DNA from: Vicinamibacteria bacterium
Lineage (GTDB): Bacteria > Acidobacteriota > Vicinamibacteria > Vicinamibacterales > UBA8438
Length of the DNA stretch: 64,000 nt
Reading direction: 5' to 3'
Assembly (NCBI GenBank): GCA_963578805.1
Contig: CAUZDY010000015.1
Coordinates: 542-64,541, forward strand
The position numbers and the translations under genes were made by a program. This document shows, one piece after another, positions 28,090 to 36,728 of the stretch. The notes below the pieces were generated by a model. That model was given only the letters and a program-made list of their open reading frames with translations. It made no database searches and was not told the origin of the DNA. Each line of letters starts with the position of its first letter. The stretch's first letter is position 1.

Positions 28090-29351
28090 AACCTGGTGGC
28101 CGCCACCTGAGTCGCTGCTTTATCATCCGCCGTTGCAAGTTGAGTCGACAGCTGGTGAAGAAAGAGGCCAACGTCGGTTACAATTCCGACTGTCTGCGAG
28201 GATCCGCGATCACCGAGCTTGGTAACTACGGCCGGATTAATGTCGACACACACGACTCGGACATGCGATGGAAGCATGTTACCAACGCCGATACTATGCA
28301 GCATCGTCGAAAGCATTACGACCATGCTGACATCCTGAAGTGCTTCGGCATACCGATCCTGCGCATTAACCAGATCCATTACCGTGTCGGGAAGGGGTCC
28401 GTCGTCTCGAATACTACCGGCCAGAACATAATCCACGTTTCGTACGATCACGTCATGCATGATGCCGGAGCGGAGTACGCCTTGCGCTACCGCCTCGCGC
28501 AGCCCACCAGCTCTTCGAATGACGTTAATTGCCCGCATGTGATTCCGGTGACCTTCCTTCACCGCGACACCTGCGTCGAGATCAACTCCGAGCGACGTTC
28601 CATACAAAGCACGCTCTACGTCATGAACAGCCAGCGCGTTGCCTGACAACAACAAATCCACGTAGCCTCGATCTACGAGATCGCAGAAGTAATCGACGCC
28701 ACCGCTATGCACCACCACCGGACCGGCCACAAACGCTATCCGGCCGCCTTCGGACTTAACGTGCTGCATCATCGTCACTACCTTGGCAACGCTTACCTCG
28801 ACCCGCCGCTCGGTCGAGACATCACTGGTCATGAAGGCAAAGCCGAACCGGTCGCGCTCTCTGAATTCAGGCGATACACGAATGCCATCCACACCGCACA
28901 CCACTTGCTCACCTTTCCGGACGTCGCGTAGCTTTCGGCAGGATGCACGGCCGCCGTCGACGACGATCACGCCGTCCATTCGCGGAGCCGAGACCGCCAC
29001 CCACTGTCCACAATGCCGAACATGGGTGTGGTGGTTCGTTGTCGAGTAAAAATCGGAGGCCACGACACCATCTACCTCGGCCGGTCTCAGCTCAGCGTCA
29101 TGCTCCGGGGCCGGATGAGCGCCGAGGGGCATGAGGTCCTCGAGCAGCTGATGAAGTCCGGCCTGGTCGGACACCGTGACTTTCATCTTCAGGTGAGAGA
29201 ATGCCTCATTTGTCCGCCCCAACTCAAATTGAAGAACGTCAAACTCTCCACCCCGCTCGATCACTTTGTCAAAAATGGCATTGAGTAGTTGAGAATCGAC
29301 AAGATGGCCGGTGGCTTCAATGATCTCTGTGTATTCCGTCGCGCGAGTCAT
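28086..29351 (-). CDS. LOR/SDH conserved-region family protein (TIGR00300-type; ornithine-cyclodeaminase-like)
   Basis: Start at ATG 29351 (or 29360), immediately after the thrC stop. EIIEATGHLVDSQLLN N-domain. AGPVVVHSGG..LLSGNALAVHDVERALYGTSLG core, which I associate with this family. Confidence 0.65.
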   Translation of the reverse strand: MTRATEYTEIIEATGHLVDSQLLNAIFDKVIERGGEFDVLQFELGRTNEAFSHLKMKVTVSDQAGLHQLLEDLMPLGAHPAPEHDAELRPAEVDGVVASDFYSTTNHHTHVRHCGQWVAVSAPRMDGVIVVDGGRASCRKLRDVRKGEQVVCGVDGIRVSPEFRERDRFGFAFMTSDVSTERRVEVSVAKVVTMMQHVKSEGGRIAFVAGPVVVHSGGVDYFCDLVDRGYVDLLLSGNALAVHDVERALYGTSLGVDLDAGVAVKEGHRNHMRAINVIRRAGGLREAVAQGVLRSGIMHDVIVRNVDYVLAGSIRDDGPLPDTVMDLVNAQDRYAEALQDVSMVVMLSTMLHSIGVGNMLPSHVRVVCVDINPAVVTKLGDRGSSQTVGIVTDVGLFLHQLSTQLATADDKAATQVAATRL

Positions 29352-29352
29352 C

Positions 29353-30606
29353 TCACTCATCCGCCTGATGCTGCTCGTGGCAACGAGCAAAGAACTCTTT
29401 AAACTCCTTAAGCGATCGTCCCAGCTCCGTCGGTTTACGAAGTGAGTCGGCCATGACAGTCGACGTCTTGTAACCGTTCCCCGTAATGCAGACAACCACC
29501 GACTCATTCTTCTGAATCACTCCGCGTTCAACGAGGGAGATTGTGGCCGCAAGCGTCGCACCTCCAGCCGGCTCGGTGAAAATTCCTTCAGTACAAGCGA
29601 GTAAATGAATCGCATCAATCATCTGAGCGTCCGTCGCGGTTGCGCCTGATCCTCCGGTCTCACGCACGGTCTTCACCACCTGGAAGCCATCCGCCGGGTT
29701 GCCGATGGCGATCGACGATGCGATCGTATTGGGTTTCACGGGATCCGGATGCGCAAGACCCTCGTCGAGTGCATGGATCACCGGCGCGCATCCCTCAGCC
29801 TGCGCCGCATGGATTTTTGGCAGATCACCGCTAACCAAACCCGCTTCCCGAAACTCTCGAAATCCTCTACCGATACGTGGAAGCAAGGTGCCACCAGCTA
29901 CCGGTGATACCACGTGCTGCGGAAACCGCCACCCATACTGCTCGACAATTTCGAATCCAAGCGTCTTCGCTCCCTCCGCATAGTAACTGCGCAAATTGAT
30001 ATTAGCGAAACCCCAGCCATATCGGTCTCCAACCTGCGTACAGAGTCGATTGATGTCGTCATAGGTGCCGTCGACTGCCACCACGTGTGGCCCTGGTACG
30101 GCTGACCCAAGAATCTTTGCCGGTTCCAGGGTTCGTGGAATAAACACGTAACACTGGAGGCCCAGGCGCGCCGCATGTGCCGCCACACTATTACCTAGAT
30201 TGCCCGTCGACGCGCAGCCGAAAATCTTTATGCCCAACTCGACAGCGCGGGTCGCAGCGACCGACACTACCCGGTCTTTGTAGGACAGCGTCGGATGGTT
30301 AATGGAGTCATCTTTAAGGTAAAGCTCCGACAACCCAAGCTCTCGAGCCAGACGATCGGCTCGAACAAGCGGCGTGAATCCAGAAAAGAAACCAGTCCTC
30401 GGCTCCCCCTCAATAGGAAGAAACTCGCGATACCGCCACAGGTTCGGCGGTCGCCTTTCGATCAACTCTCGGCTCACACTTGCCCGAATTTTCGCGACAT
30501 CATAGGTCGCCTCCAGCGGGCCCAAACACTGATCACAAACGTAAAGAGCCTCGGCGGGAAAAGTGGTTCCGCACATCGAACACTGTAAACCGGTGAAATA
30601 ACTCAT
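29353..30606 (-). CDS. thrC: threonine synthase with N-terminal zinc ribbon
   Basis: CSMCGTTF..CDQCLGPLE ribbon, PLP-lysine region HPTLSYKDR, GNLGNSVAAHA. Overlaps hom by 4 nt. Confidence 0.92.
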   Translation of the reverse strand: MSYFTGLQCSMCGTTFPAEALYVCDQCLGPLEATYDVAKIRASVSRELIERRPPNLWRYREFLPIEGEPRTGFFSGFTPLVRADRLARELGLSELYLKDDSINHPTLSYKDRVVSVAATRAVELGIKIFGCASTGNLGNSVAAHAARLGLQCYVFIPRTLEPAKILGSAVPGPHVVAVDGTYDDINRLCTQVGDRYGWGFANINLRSYYAEGAKTLGFEIVEQYGWRFPQHVVSPVAGGTLLPRIGRGFREFREAGLVSGDLPKIHAAQAEGCAPVIHALDEGLAHPDPVKPNTIASSIAIGNPADGFQVVKTVRETGGSGATATDAQMIDAIHLLACTEGIFTEPAGGATLAATISLVERGVIQKNESVVVCITGNGYKTSTVMADSLRKPTELGRSLKEFKEFFARCHEQHQADE

Positions 30607-31895
30607 TGACGGCGTTCTCCCAACACCAGAACGGGCATCCAGAGAGGTGGACGCACGTTAAAATCGAGCGCTGAAGATTCCTGCAAGATTCGCTCGACCG
30701 TGGACGACTCACACGCTTCGAGAGTCACGACGAACGGAAGTTCCGTTTTTGACCACCCTGGCTCCTGTAGCACCGCATCGATGTTGACTCCGTGAGCGGA
30801 AAAGACATCGGCAAGAGCCGCAATGATTCCCGGACGGTCAGTGACCACAAACCGGAGGTAATGTGGCGCCACGAAGTCGCGTATAACAGCGGCTCTCCTA
30901 ATACCGCGGTAGCTCTGTATGTCACCCGCGCCACGCGCAATCGCCTCAAGATCTGACACCACGGCCACGCCCGTCGGGTCACCGCCCGCACCGGATCCTG
31001 AAAATACAGATTCTCCGCCAAATGTACCCTCTACGACCACAACGTTTCGACCTCCCACAACACGCGCCAGTGCAGACGACCGCGGAACCAAAGTCGGGTG
31101 CACCGAGGCACGCACTCCGTCACCCACGCTACTATCCGCATCCGCGCGCGCCACCTGCCGGATCGTGTATCCGAGTCGCTCGGCATACAGAAAGTCAACC
31201 GATTCGATCGTTCTTATCGTTTGCAGTGGAATATCACCCACATTAATCTGTCGGCCTAATGCCACCGCCGATAGGATTGCAATTTTCGCCTGTGCGTCGA
31301 GGCCGTCGACATCGGCCGTTGGATCAGCTTCGGCATATCCCAACACCTTTGCTTCGCGAAGTGCTTCGCTAAACGTCACCTTGTCAGCTTCCATCCGTGT
31401 CAGAATGTAGTTGCACGTACCATTTAGAATCCCAAGGACGCGAGTTAGGGAGTCGCCGGCCAGGCCTTCTCGTACGCCGTGAATAATCGGAATTCCTCCG
31501 GCCACCGCCGCCTCAAAATAAAGATGCACCTTTTGTTCAACCGAAACGCTTATCAACTCGGGCCCATGGTGCGCAATGGCCTGTTTATTTGCGGTGACCA
31601 CTGATTTACCTGCCCGTAAAGAGCGCCGAATCCAGTCTGTAGCGGGATCGATGCCCCCGATCAACTCCACCACAACATCAGTATCGGAGGACAGGACAGC
31701 GTCGATGTCGTCGGTCCAGACGACATCGGAGGGCACCCAGTCTGCCTCCGTCCGTTTGCTATCGATCCGCCTATTGCAGATATGGGTGAGACGTAGCGAA
31801 GAACGGTCGCTCGCGCATACGATTTTGGCAACCGACCGCCCGACCGTCCCGAACCCCACTATTGCAACTCCAAGCGAGCTGTGCTGCTCCGTCAC
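30603..31895 (-). CDS. hom: homoserine dehydrogenase
   Basis: GVAIVGFGTVG Rossmann motif, catalytic domain, C-terminal ACT domain. GTG start preceded by GAGGAGG. Confidence 0.9.
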   Translation of the reverse strand: MTEQHSSLGVAIVGFGTVGRSVAKIVCASDRSSLRLTHICNRRIDSKRTEADWVPSDVVWTDDIDAVLSSDTDVVVELIGGIDPATDWIRRSLRAGKSVVTANKQAIAHHGPELISVSVEQKVHLYFEAAVAGGIPIIHGVREGLAGDSLTRVLGILNGTCNYILTRMEADKVTFSEALREAKVLGYAEADPTADVDGLDAQAKIAILSAVALGRQINVGDIPLQTIRTIESVDFLYAERLGYTIRQVARADADSSVGDGVRASVHPTLVPRSSALARVVGGRNVVVVEGTFGGESVFSGSGAGGDPTGVAVVSDLEAIARGAGDIQSYRGIRRAAVIRDFVAPHYLRFVVTDRPGIIAALADVFSAHGVNIDAVLQEPGWSKTELPFVVTLEACESSTVERILQESSALDFNVRPPLWMPVLVLGERRQ

Positions 31896-31932
31896 GGACC
31901 TTCAACCTCCTCAGTTGTTTTCGACGCTAATG

Positions 31933-31965
31933 AAAAAAGCCATCACCCGGATTCGGATGATGGCC
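31933..31965 (-). terminator. strong intrinsic terminator inside the hom leader (candidate attenuator)
   Basis: Minus strand GCCATCATCCG-AAUC-CGGGTGATGGC (11 bp, one G.U) followed by T6. Ends 38 nt upstream of the hom GTG. Confidence 0.65.
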
Positions 31966-31995
31966 TTGCTAACCCCTATGGCACAATCGGCTACA

Positions 31996-32109
31996 TCATC
32001 CGCCACATGTCTCCGGCCCGGTTGAATTGGTCGGATCGGTCATTTCCCAAGTGGGGGTCACGAACATGACACGTATGAGTGCGATATACCAATTAGACAT
32101 GGTGGTCAT
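31996..32109 (-). promoter_or_regulatory. candidate Thr-rich leader peptide ORF (37 codons)
   Basis: MTTMSNWYIALIRVMFVTPTWEMTDPTNSTGPETCGG has 8 Thr and 2 Ile. Its TGA stop lies inside the 9-nt antiterminator arm CGGATGATG. No clear Shine-Dalgarno. Confidence 0.3.
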
Positions 32110-32130
32110 TTGACCGAAAGCCAGTTTTAA

Positions 32131-32160
32131 CTTATACAGCGGGCCCCGCGATGAAGTCAA
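32131..32160 (-). promoter_or_regulatory. candidate sigma-70 promoter for the hom operon leader
   Basis: Minus strand TTGACT, 18-nt spacer, TATAAG. Confidence 0.35.
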
Positions 32161-32366
32161 ACGTCCGGCCTGACCCGACAACAGTATCTCGTTGAACAAT
32201 ACCGCCGCATTATGTCGAAGTCGCCGAAATGGAACGGCCTTCAGCCCGATGACACGTACGCTGCAGTCTTGTCTCTACTCAAAAAGGCCTATCAATCGGC
32301 TCGAGCCATTGCAGGCGAGGATGTCGAACCAACATTCAAAGGACTACCGCGCAGTCGTTGACAGAA

Positions 32367-33902
32367 ATGCATCCACTCGATTTAGTCGTACTCTGCGTGT
32401 ATTTGGTAGCGATGGTCGCCTTCGGTGCCTGTTTCTCCAGTCAGCAGCGGAATGTTCGAGACTATTTTCTATCCGGTAAACAGGTTCCATGGTGGGCGCT
32501 TCTGGGATCAATTGTTGCAACCGAAACTAGTACAGTCACCCTAATCAGCGTCCCGGGCTATGCCTTCGGGGGTAATCTTACATTTCTTCAGTTAGCGCTC
32601 GGTTATATCCTCGGCCGGATCGTGGTTGCCAGCGTACTCATTCCTCGCCTTTTCCGTGGCAATCTCATGACTGCGTATCAGCCACTCGCAGCTCGGTTCG
32701 GTCCTGAGCTGGGACGACTCAGCGCGTCGATCTTTTTGTTGACTCGCTCAGTGTCAGATGGATTTCGTCTTTTCGCAACTGGACTTGTGCTGGCGGCGTT
32801 TCTCTCCACTCTTCCGGCGAATGGAATCGTCTCTCACGGTGCTTTCCTTGGAATCAATGGCGCCACCGGTTTGCTGGCTCTTTCGATCGGTCTGGTCGGC
32901 GCGACCACGCTTGCGTACACTCTGCTCGGTGGTATGGCGGCCGTGATTTGGTCCGATGTTATTCAACTAATTGTTTACATGTTAGGTGCGTTAATCGCTG
33001 GTTTCATTTTACTCATGGAAATTCCAGGCGGATGGAGTGAGTTAATAGCTCTAAGTCAGCCTGCTGGCAAGCTCACCATCTTCGACTTTGCCTTCGACCC
33101 AACCCAGAGCTACACGTTCTGGTCTGGACTGGTTGGTGGGATGTTTCTGACGGCCGGAACACACGGTACCGATCAGATGTTCGTCCAGCGATACCTCTGC
33201 GCTCGCACCTCACACGACGCACGCCGAGCACTGGTTTGGAGCGGTGTGGTGATCTTCTTTCAGTTTGCTCTATTTCTTGCGATTGGACTAATGCTTTGGG
33301 TGTATTACACGACCTACGCCCCGGACGACCTCGCAACTATCACAGTGGACGGTGTCGTTCAGACCGACCGTATCTTTCCGTTGTTTATGATGGCTCATCT
33401 ACCGGTCGGCATTCGCGGACTAGTTGTCGCCTCAATCGTTGCGGCCGCGATGTCAACACTATCCTCTTCTCTTAATTCCTCTGCCGCCTCAACCGTGGGT
33501 GACTTTTATATACCAATAACCAGTGCAACCCGATCCGACCGGCACTATCTCTGTGCTGCTCGCTGGGCCACGGTCGTATGGGCTGTTGTTCAGATAGCGG
33601 TGGCGATTATCGCTGTAGCATTTTCGAAACGTGTTGTTGACGAAGTATTGGGAATTCAGTCTTTCACCGGAGGTCTTCTCCTTGGCGTGTTTTTGCTGGC
33701 TCTCTCTTCAGTTCCCCGAAGTGCCGCACCTGTAATCGGCATGATGGTTGGTACTGCAGTGCTGGTCGCGCTCAAACTTCTGACCGCGGTATCGTGGCAG
33801 TGGTATGTGCTTGTTGGAGCGCTCACGACTTTCGGGATTGGTTGGGTGCTCGGCCAAGTCGTACCCAATATTCCATCAAAGACGGATCCAACGACGCAAT
33901 GA
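32367..33902 (+). CDS. sodium:solute symporter family transporter
   Basis: Multi-TM protein. DYFLSGKQVPWWALLGSIVATETSTVTLISVPG is typical of the SSF family. Start is ATG 32367 or TTG 32358. Confidence 0.85.
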   Translation: MHPLDLVVLCVYLVAMVAFGACFSSQQRNVRDYFLSGKQVPWWALLGSIVATETSTVTLISVPGYAFGGNLTFLQLALGYILGRIVVASVLIPRLFRGNLMTAYQPLAARFGPELGRLSASIFLLTRSVSDGFRLFATGLVLAAFLSTLPANGIVSHGAFLGINGATGLLALSIGLVGATTLAYTLLGGMAAVIWSDVIQLIVYMLGALIAGFILLMEIPGGWSELIALSQPAGKLTIFDFAFDPTQSYTFWSGLVGGMFLTAGTHGTDQMFVQRYLCARTSHDARRALVWSGVVIFFQFALFLAIGLMLWVYYTTYAPDDLATITVDGVVQTDRIFPLFMMAHLPVGIRGLVVASIVAAAMSTLSSSLNSSAASTVGDFYIPITSATRSDRHYLCAARWATVVWAVVQIAVAIIAVAFSKRVVDEVLGIQSFTGGLLLGVFLLALSSVPRSAAPVIGMMVGTAVLVALKLLTAVSWQWYVLVGALTTFGIGWVLGQVVPNIPSKTDPTTQ

Positions 33903-34945
33903 TCGATTTCAAGCTAGCCCGGCAGGTGATTTCGAGGGCAGTACCCACTGCATTTCCTGCAGCGGTGGTCAATGTCGGACACCACGATGAGGTTCTCTGG
34001 CAAGAGCCATTCGGTGTACTGAGCCACAAACCTGAGGCGCCGGCGACACGACTTGAAACCATTTTTGATCTCGCCTCGTTGACGAAAGTACTCGCCACGG
34101 CGACCGTCGCGATGACCGCAGTCGACAACCGGCGGCTCGCGCTTGAGGATCCCGTGAGTCACTGGATCCCAGGATGGCGTAGTCAAGACCGAAAGGTCGT
34201 TAACGTTGGCGACCTCTTAGCGCACGCTTCCGGCTTAACAGGACACCTGCCCTTTTATCGTGACCATCGGGGACGGGCTGAGTTTGAAGATGCTATCTGC
34301 ACATTGCCGCTCGAATATGTCCCGCGGTCACGGTCAATTTATAGTGACCTCGGGTTCATTCTTCTTGGTTTCCTTCTCGAAGACGCCGGCGGAACCTCTC
34401 TGCAGGCGCAGTTCGATCAACTTGTGAAAGATCACCGATGGGGTGAGCTCTGTTTTAGGCCAAATGTTACGTTCCGTGACCGTATTGCACCGACGGAGGT
34501 TGACTCCTGGCGCGGTCGTCTCCTGATTGGAGAGGTCGATGATGAGAACACTTGGGCACTGAGCGGCGTCGCCGGTCATGCTGGCCTATTCGGAACGGCG
34601 CTTGCGGTCGGGAGATTCGCGCAAACAGTTCTACAGCAGGCCAGAGGCGGCACGCCGCTCTCGCAGTCAGAAACTTTTCACCGGTTTATCACCCGTACCA
34701 CCGTGCCTAAGAGCTCCCGCGCACTCGGCTGGGACACCATGTTGCCGACCTCGTCATGCGGGACCCGAATGTCAACCACTGCAATCGGACACACCGGCTT
34801 TACAGGAACCTCACTGTGGATCGATATCGAGGCCGACCTGTATGTGGTGCTGTTGACGAATCGAGTCTGCCCTTCCCGTACGAACGACGCTATTCTTGAT
34901 GTCCGGCCGGCATTTCACGATGCCGTTATCGCCGCGCTCATCTGA
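33899..34945 (+). CDS. serine hydrolase, beta-lactamase/transpeptidase-like (class C-related esterase family)
   Basis: SxxK (ASLTKV), YSD, HTG (IGHTGFTG) motifs. ATGA overlap with the upstream symporter and TGATG overlap with the downstream one. Confidence 0.85.
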   Translation: MIDFKLARQVISRAVPTAFPAAVVNVGHHDEVLWQEPFGVLSHKPEAPATRLETIFDLASLTKVLATATVAMTAVDNRRLALEDPVSHWIPGWRSQDRKVVNVGDLLAHASGLTGHLPFYRDHRGRAEFEDAICTLPLEYVPRSRSIYSDLGFILLGFLLEDAGGTSLQAQFDQLVKDHRWGELCFRPNVTFRDRIAPTEVDSWRGRLLIGEVDDENTWALSGVAGHAGLFGTALAVGRFAQTVLQQARGGTPLSQSETFHRFITRTTVPKSSRALGWDTMLPTSSCGTRMSTTAIGHTGFTGTSLWIDIEADLYVVLLTNRVCPSRTNDAILDVRPAFHDAVIAALI

Positions 34946-36672
34946 TGCGTCTTACGCTTCTCGATTGGTTCGTGCTCATAGCGATGCTCGCGATCCCGAT
35001 GGTTGTCTCGCTCTGGCATTACCGGCGCGCCGGCTCAGACCTCGGGCAATTCTTTCTTTCTGGACGCGACCTCCCATGGTGGCTAGCCGGCACGTCAATG
35101 GTAGCGACGACGTTCGCGGCCGATACCCCACTGGTCGTGACGGGTCTTGTCGCGACAAACGGCATATCCGGGAACTGGCTCTGGTGGAACGCGGGGTTGG
35201 GCAGCATGTTGACCGTCTTTTTCTTCGCGAGGCTCTGGCGTCGCGCCGGCATCGTAACCGACATCGAGTTTACAGAGCTGCGATACACCGGTCGCCTGGC
35301 AGCACTCCTTCGTATTTTTCGTGCGTTTTATCTGGGCCTACCACTCAACTGCCTGATCATTGGGTGGGTCAACCTGGCCATGTCAAAGGTTTTATCAATC
35401 ACGCTTGGATGGGATCAGTTCACAGCAGTCTTCCTGGGTCTGGCGGCCACGGGTCTCTACGCCTCTCTGGCCGGCCTACGAGGAGTGGTGATAACGGATT
35501 TCATACAGTTTGGCTTCGCGATGGCTGGCTCCGTCGCCCTCGCTTGGTTTGCACTGACTCATGCTGACGTCGGGGGCCTCGACGGACTGATAGCCCGGTT
35601 ACCCTCATCAACTTTTGAGCTTCTCCCCCGAATTGCAGTCGGCGGCTCGGCGAGCGAGACACTTGCATTACCGGTCGCTGCATTCATGGCCTACCTGGGA
35701 GTCCAATGGTGGGCCAGTTGGTATCCCGGCCAGGAACCCGGCGGCGGGGGTTATGTCGCCCAGCGGATAATGTCGACACGAGACGAGCGTCACTCCTTGT
35801 TTGCAATGCTGTGGTTTACCGTAGTCCACTACTGCATCCGACCATGGCCGTGGGTGCTTGTGGCGCTCGCGTCTCTCGTGCTCTACCCTGGCCTGGTTGA
35901 TCCAGAGTCTGGATACGCTCTGGTCATGCGTGATCACCTTCCGATCGGATGGCGCGGGTTGTTGGTCGGTGCCTTCTTTGCTGCCTACATGTCGACGGTC
36001 TCCACCCAGTTAAACTGGGGCGCCTCGTATCTTGTGAATGACATTTATTCGCGGTTTCTCCATCGTGCGGCATCCAGCCTAGAGCTCGTACGTGCGTCTC
36101 GGATCGCTACGCTGGCGATCATGGCTCTCAGTGCCGTCGTAACGTTCTACTTGGAGAACGTCCGCCAAGCGTGGGAGTTCGCCTTAGAATCGGGGGCAGG
36201 GGTCGGGCTCGTTCTGATTCTTCGATGGTACTGGTGGAGGATCAATGCTGCGTCAGAGCTCTCGGCGCTCCTCGCGGCGGCAATCGGATTTGTCGGGCTT
36301 CGCGTGTTTACGGATATCCCGTTTCCCGATTCACTACTCTATCTCGTGCCATGGACAACGGCCTGTTGGCTCACCGTTACCTGGTTGACCCCTGCCGAAC
36401 CTATGTCGCATCTCGCTGCCTTCTACACCAAGGTCAGACCGGCTGGCCCAGGATGGGCTCCGGTCGTTGCGGTCGTAAATGGAGGCTCTCCCAGACCTGA
36501 GTCACTGACTCTGATGTGGCTGGACTGGGTGGCTGGATGCATCGTGGTATACGGCATGCTCTTCGGCGTAGCCGGTCTCTTGTTCGGTTCGCCGGCTCGG
36601 GCGAGCGGAGCGCTCTTCGGAGCATTTCTCGCCGGCATCTGGCTGTATCGAGACCTGACAACGAAGAATTAA
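34945..36672 (+). CDS. sodium:solute symporter family transporter (second, divergent paralogue)
   Basis: Multi-TM protein with QFFLSGRDLPWWLAGTSMVATTFAADTPLVVTG. Confidence 0.85.
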   Translation: MRLTLLDWFVLIAMLAIPMVVSLWHYRRAGSDLGQFFLSGRDLPWWLAGTSMVATTFAADTPLVVTGLVATNGISGNWLWWNAGLGSMLTVFFFARLWRRAGIVTDIEFTELRYTGRLAALLRIFRAFYLGLPLNCLIIGWVNLAMSKVLSITLGWDQFTAVFLGLAATGLYASLAGLRGVVITDFIQFGFAMAGSVALAWFALTHADVGGLDGLIARLPSSTFELLPRIAVGGSASETLALPVAAFMAYLGVQWWASWYPGQEPGGGGYVAQRIMSTRDERHSLFAMLWFTVVHYCIRPWPWVLVALASLVLYPGLVDPESGYALVMRDHLPIGWRGLLVGAFFAAYMSTVSTQLNWGASYLVNDIYSRFLHRAASSLELVRASRIATLAIMALSAVVTFYLENVRQAWEFALESGAGVGLVLILRWYWWRINAASELSALLAAAIGFVGLRVFTDIPFPDSLLYLVPWTTACWLTVTWLTPAEPMSHLAAFYTKVRPAGPGWAPVVAVVNGGSPRPESLTLMWLDWVAGCIVVYGMLFGVAGLLFGSPARASGALFGAFLAGIWLYRDLTTKN

Positions 36673-36728
36673 AACCAGCAGTCAGAGCCCCTGAATCGTT
36701 CCGGCTGTCACCCTCAGGGTTGTAGCGG

